Shown: piece after piece, positions 20,210 through 30,929 of the stretch
Layout of the letters: the number at the start of each line of letters is the position of its first letter
Numbering within the stretch: position 1 is the first letter of the stretch
Assembly (NCBI GenBank): GCA_001029635.1
Contig: CP011209.1
Span: 747,969-811,968, forward strand
Origin: Candidatus Wolfebacteria bacterium GW2011_GWB1_47_1
GTDB taxonomy: Bacteria; Patescibacteriota; Minisyncoccia; UBA6257; UBA9933
Reading direction: 5' to 3'
DNA: 64,000 nucleotides
Program-made: the position numbers and the translations under genes
The notes under the pieces: model-generated
Databases searched by the model: none
What the model was told of the DNA's origin: nothing
What the model saw: the letters and a program-made list of their open reading frames with translations, nothing else

Positions 20210-22009
20210 TTAACCAATCGTGGCGCGGATACGTCGAACGCCCGCAGAAACCGCCTCCTCTTTCGTTATCTTGAACGAGCCGATCTCTCCCGTGTACTCC
20301 ACGTGTGGGCCTCCGCAAAATTCGCGACTTACAACTCCACCGCTCGCTTCAGAGCCGATCGAGTAAACCTTCACAACCGAAGGATATTTATGCTTAAAGA
20401 ACGCAACCGCTCCTAGCTGTTCTGCCTCTTCCTTAGGCATCTCCTGGAAGTAGACCGGAAGATTTTCGTTGATCTTATCATTGACCAGATTTTCGATGGT
20501 CTGCAGCTCTTCCGAGGTTAGCTTACGGTCGAATGAGAAGTCAAAACGCAATCGCTCGGGATTAATATCCGACCCCATCTGATGCACTTCTTCGCCAAAC
20601 TCGTGGCGCAATGCCCAGTTGAGCAAATGCGTTGTCGTGTGATATCGGACAACCTGCTTTGCTTCTTCTTCATTGCCCGCCTTCAATTCTCCCGTATCAA
20701 GCACGAGCCCATGCCCTCCGAACTTATTACCCGCACCCGCGCGAGATATTTCCTGATGCTGCTCGATCTTCTTCTGAAATCCTGCTTCGTCCAGGGTGAA
20801 ACCCTTTGCTTCGACGAATTCCTTCAAAAGCTCCATTGGAAATCCATACGAGGAGAATAAATTGAATGCCTGCTCTCCTGTCACATGCTTCTCTTCCCGA
20901 TTCTGCTCGAAGATCTTTTCCATCTCCTTCAATCCGCGCGCAACCGCCTCCTGAAACTTTGATTTTTCCGTTTCAAATATACCAATGATTCGATCCGTCT
21001 CATTGATTTCCGAATAGATGTCTCCGAACAATTCCTTGATGACCGGCATCATTTCTTCGAACAAGTTTGCATGCACGTCGTACTTTACCTGGTATGCCAT
21101 AACACGACGCAACAAGCGGCGCAACACATACCCCGCTTCCTTGTTTGCCGGCACTACGCCATCGGCGATCAGGAATGTTGACGCGCGCAAGTGATCAGCA
21201 AATATACGTTTTACAGAGCCCTCCACATGCGGCGCCAATTCTTCGATCTTCGCCATGATCGGCCTAAAGATCTCCGACTCGAACACATTATCAACACCTT
21301 CCAGCATTACCGAAAGACGCTCAAATCCCATACCCGTGTCGATTCCCGGACGTTCTGCCTTGTTATACACACCGCTACGATCCTTGTAAAATTCATTAAA
21401 CACAATGTTCCACACCTCTACGTCATCAACATAGATCTCAGTACATGGACCACAGGGACCCTCTTCGCCCGTCGGCCCCCAGAAATTGTCTTCGCGCGGA
21501 CCCTTGCGGATCTTATCCTCTGGCAAATGCAACTCATCCTTCCAAATATTGTACGCCTCTTGATCAAACGGCGTTTCTGCGTCGCCTCCGAACACCGTCA
21601 CATAGATGCGGTCCGGATTAATACCTAGCACCTCGGTCATAAACTGGTATCCAAAGTGAATTGCGGCGCGCTTGAAATAACCTTCTTTTCCGTCGTCCTC
21701 CGGCTCATCAGAACCTACCGGACCAAACGAAAAGTTCCCCATCATCTCAAACATGGTCAAGTGGGTCTTGTCACCTACCTCTTCAATATCGCTCGTACGA
21801 AAACACTTCTGGATCGTCGCTGTGCGCTGGGATCCAAAATCCGCCAGGGCATCGAGTTCTCCCGTGTAATACTTCTTAAACTGCTGCATGCCTGCGGTCG
21901 TCAATAACACCGACGGATCGTCGGGGATCAACGATGACGATGGAACGCGCACGTGTCCTTTGCTATGAAAATAGTTAAAAAAATGTTTTCGTAGGTCTTT
22001 TGATTGCAT
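20210..22009 (-). CDS. alaS: alanyl-tRNA synthetase, short form lacking the C-terminal domain
   Basis: N-terminal catalytic core and editing HxxxH region (HTTTHLLNWALRHEFGEEVHQ); 599 aa versus the typical ~870. Confidence 0.85.
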   Translation of the reverse strand: MQSKDLRKHFFNYFHSKGHVRVPSSSLIPDDPSVLLTTAGMQQFKKYYTGELDALADFGSQRTATIQKCFRTSDIEEVGDKTHLTMFEMMGNFSFGPVGSDEPEDDGKEGYFKRAAIHFGYQFMTEVLGINPDRIYVTVFGGDAETPFDQEAYNIWKDELHLPEDKIRKGPREDNFWGPTGEEGPCGPCTEIYVDDVEVWNIVFNEFYKDRSGVYNKAERPGIDTGMGFERLSVMLEGVDNVFESEIFRPIMAKIEELAPHVEGSVKRIFADHLRASTFLIADGVVPANKEAGYVLRRLLRRVMAYQVKYDVHANLFEEMMPVIKELFGDIYSEINETDRIIGIFETEKSKFQEAVARGLKEMEKIFEQNREEKHVTGEQAFNLFSSYGFPMELLKEFVEAKGFTLDEAGFQKKIEQHQEISRAGAGNKFGGHGLVLDTGELKAGNEEEAKQVVRYHTTTHLLNWALRHEFGEEVHQMGSDINPERLRFDFSFDRKLTSEELQTIENLVNDKINENLPVYFQEMPKEEAEQLGAVAFFKHKYPSVVKVYSIGSEASGGVVSREFCGGPHVEYTGEIGSFKITKEEAVSAGVRRIRATIG

Positions 22010-22025
22010 GATTTCTTAAATTATA

Positions 22026-22081
22026 AGCCGCCTTCGGCGGAAGGTTGAACTGGATCCCGGCTCGGAGGCCGGGATGACAAT
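22026..22081. repeat. dual-hairpin intergenic motif, copy 2
   Basis: agccgccttcggcgg ... tggatcccggctcggaggccgggatgacaat. Confidence 0.45.
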
Positions 22082-22120
22082 CCTCCTCGTTTTTCGTGTT
22101 TCCTTTTCCGTTTTCGCTCT

Positions 22121-23491
22121 TTAGTACCCGCGAAGTTCTTCTGCTTTCGAGTGCCCTTTGATCTTTTCTATCGCCTTTGCTTCGATTTGACGAATGCGCT
22201 CGCGCGTAACGCCGAACTTTTTTCCAACCTCTTCGAGTGTGTGAGTCACACCATCCTCGAGTCCAAATCGGAGCTTTAAAATCTCCTGCTCGCGCGGGGC
22301 GAGATCGATCAATATTTCACGAATCTTTTCCTTCAAGAGCGCGAGTTCCGCAGATTGCGTCGGGGACAGATTCTTATCGTCCTTAATAAGGTCTGACAAA
22401 GTTGCTTCGTCGCTATCCTCCATCAACGGTGCTTCGAGCGAAATAACCTCCTGGGAGATCTTCTGAATGTTATAGATCTTGTCGACGGTCGTTCCCATCT
22501 CAATAGCAATTTCCTCGGCAAGCGCTTCGCGGCCCAATTCTTGCATAAGCCTTCGCTTTACCTGTGTATACTTTGAGATGTTCTCGATCATATGAACCGG
22601 GATGCGAACTGTGCGCGACTGGTCGGCCAATGCGCGCGTGATCGCCTGGCGAATCCACCATGTCGCGTAGGTAGAGAACTTAAATCCCTTACGATAGTCA
22701 AACTTGTCGACCGCCTTTGAAAGACCGATGTTTCCTTCCTGAATAAGGTCCAGAATACCCATCTGCGTTGTGCGATGCGCATAGCGCTTTGCAATGGACA
22801 CCACGAGACGCAAGTTTGCCTGAATAAGGCGCTGCCGTGCGTTTTCGTCTCCATCTTCCGATCGCTTTGCGAGATCCTTTTCTTCTGCCGAATTCAACAA
22901 TGCATATCGTCCTATTTCCTTTAGATACATCTGCACGGAATCTGGCATTTCTTCCATTCTCCCTTTGCCAACTGACTCCAATTCCTTCTGAGTCGGCTCA
23001 TCTTCCTTTGGCAATTCGATCAGTGCGGCCGTTTCGACCACTTTGATGTTATTTTTTTCTAAGTAGTCGTACAGCTCTTCGAGTACCGATATGTCATCTT
23101 CCACATGCGGGAAGTAATACAAAATTTCCGTGTCGGTTACAAATCCCTTCGCGCGTCCACGATGGACGAGTTCCTCCATCTGTTCCTTGTCAAAGGCAAC
23201 CTTCTTTTCCGCCTCTTCGGCGGTTAGCTTCTTTTTCGGAATCTTTTTGGGCACCGGCTTTGCGCCTCGTGCCGGCAACTTAGGCTTTTTCACTTCTGCC
23301 TTTTTAATAGCCACCTTCTTTACCGCTCCTTTCTTCGGCGCGGCCTTTTTTACTACGGTTTTCTTTACTATCGGCTTTTTTACTGCCGTCTTTTGTGCTG
23401 CTTTTTTCGGTGCAGCTTTCCCCTTTGCCGCTTGTTGAGCGGGTTTTTTTGCAACCTTATTCAATTTTGACTTTTCGACTTTTTTAACCAT
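22121..23491 (-). CDS. rpoD: RNA polymerase sigma-70 factor RpoD with Lys/Ala/Pro-rich N-terminal extension
   Basis: Regions 2-4 present ([34 protein letters not shown]). The first ~95 aa are a histone-H1-like AKK repeat. Confidence 0.9.
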   Translation of the reverse strand: MVKKVEKSKLNKVAKKPAQQAAKGKAAPKKAAQKTAVKKPIVKKTVVKKAAPKKGAVKKVAIKKAEVKKPKLPARGAKPVPKKIPKKKLTAEEAEKKVAFDKEQMEELVHRGRAKGFVTDTEILYYFPHVEDDISVLEELYDYLEKNNIKVVETAALIELPKEDEPTQKELESVGKGRMEEMPDSVQMYLKEIGRYALLNSAEEKDLAKRSEDGDENARQRLIQANLRLVVSIAKRYAHRTTQMGILDLIQEGNIGLSKAVDKFDYRKGFKFSTYATWWIRQAITRALADQSRTVRIPVHMIENISKYTQVKRRLMQELGREALAEEIAIEMGTTVDKIYNIQKISQEVISLEAPLMEDSDEATLSDLIKDDKNLSPTQSAELALLKEKIREILIDLAPREQEILKLRFGLEDGVTHTLEEVGKKFGVTRERIRQIEAKAIEKIKGHSKAEELRGY

Positions 23492-23502
23492 AGTTGACAG
23501 TA

Positions 23503-25263
23503 TTACTTTTCATTCTGCAATAGTTTTGACACCTCGTCAAATAGCTTCAAATAGTGTTCCTCCTTCTCTTTATCCCTTTTGTGCTCCGCCTGACGGATAG
23601 CGCGCGTGATAATCTCTAACTTTTCCTTCAGTGCTTTGTTTCGCAATTGAAACATCAATTCCTTAAACTCCTTTATTGTCTTTTCTGGATCAACCTCTCC
23701 TACCTCCATGCCGGCGCGCAATGTAAATGTATGCAATTCGTCCAATAGTCTTAGATCGCTTACTACCGACTTATCCATAGCGGTATCATAAATCCTCCTG
23801 TATTGCCTTGGTAGATATTTCGCGTACTCCTCAAGCTCTTTGAGTAGATCCTCCCGCACGAGTGCCATCTTGAGCACACGATCAGCGATGAGATCGATGC
23901 GCATCTTTTCTTCTTCCACTTCCTGCAGCGTCACTTCTTCCTGCTTGGGCCGCACTGCTAACGGGACCGCCACTTCAGCGTGCTCCATGTCTTCCTTCAA
24001 AATATGCTCACTCACATTTACCTTTTGCGCGAGCTGATTGAGCCAATGTTCCCGTTCCACCGCGCTTAGGAGTGCCTTTATCTTTTCCAATACGATATGT
24101 AAATTCTTTCTAAATTTCGCCGGATCGTTCTTGAATGATTCCCCGTGCGATAGATACCGCTCGAAATAGAACTCCATTGCTTCCTTTGCCTTCTTCGCAT
24201 ATTCGACCATGATCCCCGGTTTTGCCTTGATCGCATCTGCCGGATCCTTATATTCCCCCAATGACAAGATCTTCACGTTGAAGTCGAGGCTCTTAGCAAG
24301 GTCGATACTTCGTTCCGCTGCCTTTTGCCCCGCTTCATCATTATCAAACGAAAACATCACATTCTCTGTTTGCTTGCGAAGCGTCTTGAGGTGATCGGCC
24401 GTCAATGCCGTTCCCGAGGTTGCGACGGCATTTTTGAGTCCATCCTGCACGCACATCAGTACATCCATTTGCCCTTCTACGAGTAATGCGAATTGCATTT
24501 CTCTGATATGGTTCTTTGCTTTATTGTACCCATACAGTACTCGTGATTTGTTAAAGATAGGGGTTTCAGGACTGTTGATATATTTCCCCGAATCTCCTTT
24601 ATCAAACTCGGGCAAGATTCGCGCTGTAAACCCCACCACCTTCCCCGTATTGTTTGCGATCGGAAACATGATACGCCCACGGAACCGGTCGACATACGTC
24701 CCGCGCTCTGTGCGGAAGTTGATCCCGGCGCGCTCGATGTCGGGCGCCTTAAATCCCTTATTTGTTAAATAGATCGTCGCAGCATCCCATGATTGCGGAG
24801 CAAACCCGAGTTCGAACTCCTTAACCGTATCCTCGGTCAACCCGCGCGTTTTTATGTATTCAGCTACCTTTGGATTACGGTTTAGTTCCAGTTTATAAAA
24901 CTCCTTTACTGCGTCATTGATGTCGTACAAGATGCCGAATTGCTTTTGATCTTCCGGACTTAGCTTCTTCAACTCCACCCCTGCCTTTTCGGCAAGTATC
25001 TTGAGCGCTTCATAAAATTCGATATTCTCGTACTTCATCAGGAATGAAAATACATCTCCTCCCTCATTACATGAACCAAAGCAATGCCATGTCTGCCGAT
25101 CCGCAGAAATCATAAAAGAAGGCGTCTTTTCGCCGTGGAATGGACATCGCGCCTTGAAGTTGCGCCCCGCAGGTTTCACCTCTATATACGAGCCGATGAC
25201 CTGCACAATGTCGATCTTCTCTTTTATCTCTTCGATGGGATTATCTACGGACATAGCGATCAT
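23503..25263 (-). CDS. dnaG: DNA primase
   Basis: [11 protein letters not shown]...CFGC zinc finger; TOPRIM region; 586 aa. Confidence 0.85.
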   Translation of the reverse strand: MIAMSVDNPIEEIKEKIDIVQVIGSYIEVKPAGRNFKARCPFHGEKTPSFMISADRQTWHCFGSCNEGGDVFSFLMKYENIEFYEALKILAEKAGVELKKLSPEDQKQFGILYDINDAVKEFYKLELNRNPKVAEYIKTRGLTEDTVKEFELGFAPQSWDAATIYLTNKGFKAPDIERAGINFRTERGTYVDRFRGRIMFPIANNTGKVVGFTARILPEFDKGDSGKYINSPETPIFNKSRVLYGYNKAKNHIREMQFALLVEGQMDVLMCVQDGLKNAVATSGTALTADHLKTLRKQTENVMFSFDNDEAGQKAAERSIDLAKSLDFNVKILSLGEYKDPADAIKAKPGIMVEYAKKAKEAMEFYFERYLSHGESFKNDPAKFRKNLHIVLEKIKALLSAVEREHWLNQLAQKVNVSEHILKEDMEHAEVAVPLAVRPKQEEVTLQEVEEEKMRIDLIADRVLKMALVREDLLKELEEYAKYLPRQYRRIYDTAMDKSVVSDLRLLDELHTFTLRAGMEVGEVDPEKTIKEFKELMFQLRNKALKEKLEIITRAIRQAEHKRDKEKEEHYLKLFDEVSKLLQNEK

Positions 25264-25323
25264 TCATTAATGGCAGAAATTCCAACGACGCATGTGTTGG
25301 AATTTCTGTTTGTTTCATTTCGT

Positions 25324-26811
25324 TTACTCTTTTTCCTTCATCGGCGGGAATACCACCGTTTCGCGGATCGACTTGTTCATCAAGAACGAGAACAAGCGTT
25401 CACTTAGGCCGAAGCCAACCGCCGGAGGCATGCCGTATTCCATCGCCTCGACGTAATCTTCGTCGATCATCTGTGCTTCTTCATCGCCTGCTTCGCGGAG
25501 CTTCATCTGCTCCTCAAACCGCTGTCGCTGGTCGAGCGGATCGTTCAATTCCGAAAAACCATTACCCAACTCCGATCGGCATGCGATCGGCTGGAAGCGC
25601 AATACGCGCTTCGGGTCACTCGGGTCCTTCTTCGCCAACGGCGACACTTCTAGCGGATGCCCCGTAAGGAAGCATGGCTGAATGAGCCGCTGTCGGACCG
25701 TCTTTTTGTAGATCGTATCTATCATGCGGCCTTTGCCATCTGCCGCTTCATACGGTATGCCAAGCTCGTTCGCTTTTTGTTTCAATATTTCCACAGAAAC
25801 CTCTCCCGACAGATCAATACCCGTTTCCTTTTTGAATTCTTCGAAATAATCGATTCGTGGCCAGTTACCGGACCAATCGATTAATTCGCCATCGTATTCG
25901 GTCTTCATCTCCTCGCCGATGACGTTCTTTACGATCTCCTTATACATGCGTTCTACCGCATCCATACCCTTTGTCATGTCTCCATACGCCCAATAAAACT
26001 CCATAGCGATATAGTCTTGCAAGTGCTCCGCATCGATACCTTCGTTGCGAAATACCTTTCCAATCTCGTAAATCTTTTCGAATCCACCAACGAGCATCTT
26101 CTTCAATGGTAATTCGAGCGATATGCGCAAATAAAAATCACGATCAAGCGCGTTGTGGTGTGTGATGAACGGTCGCGCATCAGCTCCTCCTGGGATCGCT
26201 TCAAGCACCGCGGTATCTACCTCAAAAAATCCTTCGTTATTCAAAAAGGTTCGGATCGTGTTCCAGAACAGTGTCTTTTTCTTGAACAGCTCCCGCGTCT
26301 CCGGGTTCATCATCAGGTCCAAATACCGCTTGCGCAACAGCGCCTCGGTATCCTTGAGCCCGTAGAATTCGCTCGGAATCGGCAAAATCGCCTTGGATAA
26401 CAGCTTCCATGCATCTGCCTGGAGCGTCTTTTCTCCTGTCTTGGTGATGAATAACGTTCCCGTCGCCTGGATAAAGTCACCCATGTCTATGTTATTTGCG
26501 AACAGGTCGAACCGCTCATCGCCGACGATATCGCGCTTTACCAATATCTGAATCTTTCCGGATTCATCCTCAATATGCACAAATGCCAACGCACCCATGA
26601 CACGCATAGACTTAATGCGTCCGGCGAGCGTCATCGGCTTTTCTGTAAGTTCATCAAAATGTTCCACTACATAGTGGTTTGCAAAATCCTTCGTGCTTTC
26701 CTGCGGATACGCCTCCTCTCCGGCGGCGACCAGGCGTTGCATTTTTTCCAGTTTTGCTTCGCGAATGTTCTCTAACATGATAGTTCTATTATAGCACAGA
26801 GCAGAGGACAT
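25324..26811 (-). CDS. lysS: lysyl-tRNA synthetase (class II)
   Basis: OB anticodon-binding domain plus class II motifs FRNEG, GGFEKIYEIGK; start may be at the internal MLENIREAK. Confidence 0.9.
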   Translation of the reverse strand: MSSALCYNRTIMLENIREAKLEKMQRLVAAGEEAYPQESTKDFANHYVVEHFDELTEKPMTLAGRIKSMRVMGALAFVHIEDESGKIQILVKRDIVGDERFDLFANNIDMGDFIQATGTLFITKTGEKTLQADAWKLLSKAILPIPSEFYGLKDTEALLRKRYLDLMMNPETRELFKKKTLFWNTIRTFLNNEGFFEVDTAVLEAIPGGADARPFITHHNALDRDFYLRISLELPLKKMLVGGFEKIYEIGKVFRNEGIDAEHLQDYIAMEFYWAYGDMTKGMDAVERMYKEIVKNVIGEEMKTEYDGELIDWSGNWPRIDYFEEFKKETGIDLSGEVSVEILKQKANELGIPYEAADGKGRMIDTIYKKTVRQRLIQPCFLTGHPLEVSPLAKKDPSDPKRVLRFQPIACRSELGNGFSELNDPLDQRQRFEEQMKLREAGDEEAQMIDEDYVEAMEYGMPPAVGFGLSERLFSFLMNKSIRETVVFPPMKEKE

Positions 26812-26829
26812 ATTGCCTCTGCTTTATAC

Positions 26830-27285
26830 TTATTCTATTCCCAAAATTTTATACTTTGCAATACCCTTTGGCGTTTCTACCTCAACTATATCCCCTTCCT
26901 TCTTACCCATGAATGCGGCGCCAAGTGGTGATTCGTTGGAGATCAAGCGCTTTTCCGGGTTTGCTTCGTTGGAGCCGACGATCGTATATTCGAATCCCTT
27001 CTTGTCCTTTTCAACCTTCACGGTCGAACCAAGGTCTATTGTCTTTTTTCCATGCGATTTCTTAATAATAACCGCATTGCGGATGATATTCTCCAATTCG
27101 ATGATGTGCGCTTCGAGCTTTGCCTGTGCTTCTTTTGCTTCGGAATACTCAGCGTTTTCTGACAGATCGCCAAATTCCTTCGCTCGCTTCAATCGCTCCG
27201 CAATATCATTGCGACCTTCCTTTTTTTCCTGCTCCAGTTCGGTTTTTAATTCTTCAAACCGTTCCTTAGTTATATGAAATTCCAT
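26830..27285 (-). CDS. greA: transcription elongation factor GreA
   Basis: MEFHITKERFEELKTELE...DLSENAEY; 151 aa. Confidence 0.85.
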   Translation of the reverse strand: MEFHITKERFEELKTELEQEKKEGRNDIAERLKRAKEFGDLSENAEYSEAKEAQAKLEAHIIELENIIRNAVIIKKSHGKKTIDLGSTVKVEKDKKGFEYTIVGSNEANPEKRLISNESPLGAAFMGKKEGDIVEVETPKGIAKYKILGIE

Positions 27286-27435
27286 ATTTTATGCAAAACG
27301 TATGAATTTGGCGTCCTACTGCGCTACCTCCTCGTTTACTCCCGCAAAGGAGTTTAACTCCATCTTAGTCACAAGCCTCGTCGATACCTTGTATTCCATC
27401 TAAATTCGTACGTTTTGTTCTTTTTATTTTATTTT

Positions 27436-28188
27436 TTACTTATTCTTACTTTTTAGTTTTTTCGACTTGATCTTATATGTATTCGTCCACAGCCACCATC
27501 GAACCTTGCAAACCTCCCACAGCACTTCGATGTACGATGATAATTTTATTCTCGAATTAGGATCGTTGATGAATATCGCTGGCGTCTCCTTGATTTTATA
27601 TCCAAGCCGCTTCGCTAATGACAATATCTCCACGTCAAACCCCCAATGTTTCACTTTGATAATCGGGAATATCTCATTCGCAGCACGCTCACTAAAGATC
27701 TTGAACGGGCACTGCGTATCCTTCAATCCGGGCAATACCATCAGCTGGATAAACCAATTCCCCATCTTCCCCGGTAATTTACGAAACAGTGGCTGATCCC
27801 GTTTTGCCCCTTCGATATCTCTCGATCCGATCACAATATCATAGCCTTTGTCCGTCAGTTTTAACGCTTCAATAACCTGGTCGATCGAGATCGAGTTATC
27901 TGCATCCACAAATGCGCGGAATTCCCCTTTTGCCTCCTCCATACCCTTCTGTACCGCCGCACCTTTTCCCTTGATTGCGCATTCAATCAGACGAAGCTCG
28001 TTCCATAGATGCTCAAATCGGAGCACAATATCGACTGTGTTATCCTTTGACCCATTATCGACTACAATCACTTCGTACGAAAAATCAACCGTCTCCAGAT
28101 GTCGCTTCATGTCGACCAAGGTCAACGGAAGTCGCTTGGCTTCATTATATGCCGGAATGATTATCGAAAGTCGCGGTTTTTTATCCAT
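27436..28188 (-). CDS. family 2 glycosyltransferase (polyprenyl-phosphate sugar transferase-like)
   Basis: LSIIIPAYNE...VVDNGSKD...DAD GT-A signature. Confidence 0.75.
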   Translation of the reverse strand: MDKKPRLSIIIPAYNEAKRLPLTLVDMKRHLETVDFSYEVIVVDNGSKDNTVDIVLRFEHLWNELRLIECAIKGKGAAVQKGMEEAKGEFRAFVDADNSISIDQVIEALKLTDKGYDIVIGSRDIEGAKRDQPLFRKLPGKMGNWFIQLMVLPGLKDTQCPFKIFSERAANEIFPIIKVKHWGFDVEILSLAKRLGYKIKETPAIFINDPNSRIKLSSYIEVLWEVCKVRWWLWTNTYKIKSKKLKSKNK

Positions 28189-28321
28189 GTGTGTAAATTA
28201 CGAAATTCCGTGCCCGCAACCGAATTCATCAGAAGCGTATGGCACGGAATGGGGCTGCTTTTATTTCGATTGCACCAATTATACGCCCTTTTACCCTCTC
28301 TCGTCAACAAACCTGTAGTAA

Positions 28322-28355
28322 AATTCACTATAGAAAAAAGGGGCGGGCTTGCTGC
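28322..28355 (-). terminator. intrinsic terminator
   Basis: Minus strand reads gggggagggcagcaagcccgcccc followed by tttttt. Confidence 0.4.
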
Positions 28356-28366
28356 CCTCCCCCTTG

Positions 28367-28759
28367 TTATGCGTCCTTGAATATCTGCGTGATTTTAAAC
28401 ACTCGGCACCCGGGATGTCGACATGCGACACGCGATACGCTCGCGTAATACCCCCGCGACCACCAATAATCCTTGATCGGACCGTATCGACGGACCCCAA
28501 TCGCCCGATCCTCCCAATCTGGAAGATGTAGCTCGGGGGTTCGATGCGCATACCCTAGTGCACACATTAATTGAAGCCCGAGATACCGAACCGCCATCTT
28601 TCCCCAGTGCCAGGCAAATATACCCACCAACCAGAGCAATACGCTACATACGACCGTCATAACCACATAGTAGCAGGGGTTTCGCGTACCTCCCATTGAC
28701 CACCAGGTCATAGCAACGACTAGTACGGCTGCGAATCCATACGACATCTTTCGTATCAT
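28367..28759 (-). CDS. hypothetical membrane protein (130 aa)
   Basis: ORF with AGGAGG 8 nt upstream of the ATG; Trp/hydrophobic-rich; GC-rich region where several shadow ORFs overlap. Confidence 0.4.
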   Translation of the reverse strand: MIRKMSYGFAAVLVVAMTWWSMGGTRNPCYYVVMTVVCSVLLWLVGIFAWHWGKMAVRYLGLQLMCALGYAHRTPELHLPDWEDRAIGVRRYGPIKDYWWSRGYYASVSRVACRHPGCRVFKITQIFKDA

Positions 28760-28928
28760 CAGATCGCCTCCTTGGTCTCCTGAACGGTAATTATTTCATC
28801 CGCCCTTTCAATCGTCCAATTAGCCAAACTGCTCCGTCGCGGAGCGATAATAGTAGCGCTGCACTCACGATAAGGACCAAACAAAACAACAACATCCCCA
28901 TAGCTTCCCTCCCCATGCAGTCACCCTC

Positions 28929-29123
28929 CTATCCATCTTTTTGTGATGGCTCTTTGCGCAATAAGATCACTGCGATGATCCCCATTGCGATTATTACTCC
29001 CAGGCCGATACCCAGAAACCCCGTAATGATTGAATTATCCGGCGGATAGTTTTGGTTAGCCTTACTTATTGCTTGTAACATCCCCAGTAATCCTTCTTCG
29101 TCCATATCCCACCCCTTATGCAA
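28929..29123 (-). CDS. small membrane peptide (64 aa)
   Basis: Single TM helix; ends ...KDG like the next small peptide. Confidence 0.3.
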   Translation of the reverse strand: MHKGWDMDEEGLLGMLQAISKANQNYPPDNSIITGFLGIGLGVIIAMGIIAVILLRKEPSQKDG

Positions 29124-29232
29124 TTTGTAATTATTACTCTATTTAGTTAACCCCGAAACGCATAGGATGTCCACCCCCTCTAATAAGTTAGGCCCGCATC
29201 CGCTTCGCTCGCCATTCTGCCAGTACAACACC

Positions 29233-29263
29233 TAGTTAAAAAAGAGGCGCATTACTGCGCCTC
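29233..29263 (-). terminator. intrinsic terminator (cctagttaaaaaa + gaggcgcattactgcgcctc)
   Basis: On the minus strand a hairpin is followed by a T-run; same cctagttaaaaaa flank as the 31904 terminator. Confidence 0.4.
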
Positions 29264-29516
29264 ATCCATCCTTCTTCCCTCCTCCTTTCGAAGACTTCGG
29301 AAGCAATGCCATGATGATCCCCACTCCCACGAGGATCATCCCCACAACCTGCGCCCACGGCCACAGCGCGTTGAACGCACGGAGCATGAGCCAGTTGAAG
29401 GCTTCGGGGGAGATGATCGCGAGCAGCACCAGCAAACCTGCCAGCGTGCCCAAGAGTCGCCGCGGCGTCCCCATTATAATGCACAGATACGGATTCATTC
29501 TGCCTCCTTTGCCCAC
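29262..29516 (-). CDS. small membrane peptide (84 aa)
   Basis: Two hydrophobic helices; ends GGGKKDG. Confidence 0.3.
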   Translation of the reverse strand: MGKGGRMNPYLCIIMGTPRRLLGTLAGLLVLLAIISPEAFNWLMLRAFNALWPWAQVVGMILVGVGIIMALLPKSSKGGGKKDG

Positions 29517-29827
29517 TCGAAGTGGACAGGTCGGTTACGGTTAACCTACTTGAATCGTCCTAGCAGGAACATGATTCCCGCCGCCATCAGCGCGAGTGTA
29601 AGCCCTTGCTCGATGATCGGAAAGAGTCCTCGCACAATGCGTGTCCCTAGTATTGCGGTCTGCTCGGGAGCGAGGACCGCAAGAATCACCACTCCGATCA
29701 GAACATTTACTAGATTCATCTCTCACCTCTCAATTGATAAGGTTCATATAACCGGCAGATCAGCAGTACGCCGATCAACATTGTTATGGTTATATTATAT
29801 ACCTTATCTCTATTTTTGTCAATATCT

Positions 29828-30844
29828 TCAGTTGAGCTCAATATCGATATGCACCACCTCCGGGTATTCTTCCTGGATGCGCTTCTCTATCTTGTCTATA
29901 TGATTTCCTACGAGTCGTGGCACGCGGTCTATGTAATCGACGCAGAATTTTATAAATTCCTGATAGTCATTCCTCACCTCTTCAAATTCCTCCCTTAATG
30001 CGCCCCGCGCAAACATTTCCTTTGCCAAGGCGTTTCCATTAAACTCAACCTCGCATTTGATACGATACTTCCCCACGTCCATGATTGCTGAACGAAAATC
30101 AGTCACGCTTTCGATCGCGGGATCTTCCTCGAGAATCTCAATAATCCGATCCTTTACCTCTTCTGGTATCGCCTTCCCTAAAAGTAATGCCCGGTTTTTA
30201 TTGATCAAAATAATAGCCATCACTCCCAACATCAATCCGATCACAATCGATCCAATTGCATCCCAATAATAGGCACCCGTGAGTTCGGTTAATAGGATGC
30301 TTACAAATGCGACGACGACACCCAACACAGCAATCCCATCTTCATAGAGCACCGCTATGGTTGCCGGATCGCCGTTCTTGAGAATCTTCTTAAACTTTGC
30401 CTTACCTCCCGTTTTTCTTAATTCTCGGTATGCCACGATCAATGTGCCTGATTCTATGACAAATGAGATTGCAAGGATTGTGAACACTATATACGTCACA
30501 TCCGCATGCTGTGGCCTGATCAAAGCATTAATGCCTTGATAGATTGTCGCACCCGCACCGACAAAGAAGATACCGCATGCCGAGATCAACGCCCAGAGAA
30601 ATCGCTCTTTCCCATAACCGTATGAAAATTCATTTGTCGCCTTCTTTTTTGACCGCCTAATACCCACCATCAACAATGCCTGATTCGCCGTGTCGGCAAA
30701 ACTGTGAATCGCCTCGGATAGCATCGCTCCCGAACCGGAAATAAAAAAGCCCACAAATTTGAGGACTGCAATAAAACCATTACCCAAAAGTGCCGCGATT
30801 ACCGGCAATGTTCCCTGTATACTCTGTGATCTGCTACTGCTCAT
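29828..30844 (-). CDS. cation diffusion facilitator (CDF) family metal efflux transporter
   Basis: 6 TM helices with the HSFADT motif and a C-terminal cytoplasmic domain; start taken at MSSSRSQ. Confidence 0.75.
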   Translation of the reverse strand: MSSSRSQSIQGTLPVIAALLGNGFIAVLKFVGFFISGSGAMLSEAIHSFADTANQALLMVGIRRSKKKATNEFSYGYGKERFLWALISACGIFFVGAGATIYQGINALIRPQHADVTYIVFTILAISFVIESGTLIVAYRELRKTGGKAKFKKILKNGDPATIAVLYEDGIAVLGVVVAFVSILLTELTGAYYWDAIGSIVIGLMLGVMAIILINKNRALLLGKAIPEEVKDRIIEILEEDPAIESVTDFRSAIMDVGKYRIKCEVEFNGNALAKEMFARGALREEFEEVRNDYQEFIKFCVDYIDRVPRLVGNHIDKIEKRIQEEYPEVVHIDIELN

Positions 30845-30929
30845 GTATATCGTATATCGTATCGTACCTTTTCTTGTTTGTAAAATGCCACAAAAAAGAC
30901 TCCGATCGCTCGGAGCCTTATTCTTCTCA

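Noticed and set aside
23130-23438. 102-aa Phe/Ala-rich plus-strand ORF
   Set aside because: It is the antisense of the Lys/Ala-rich rpoD N-terminal repeat.
27286-27435. tRNA-like 80-nt segment ending ...GCCA between the GT2 gene and greA
   Set aside because: The acceptor stem does not pair and there is no T-loop or anticodon arm. It is treated as the greA 5' UTR.
29541-29726. Arg-rich 61-aa ORF
   Set aside because: A different frame on the same strand gives a plausible 57-aa hydrophobic peptide (MNLVNVLIGVVILAV...). The listed frame looks like GC-driven noise.
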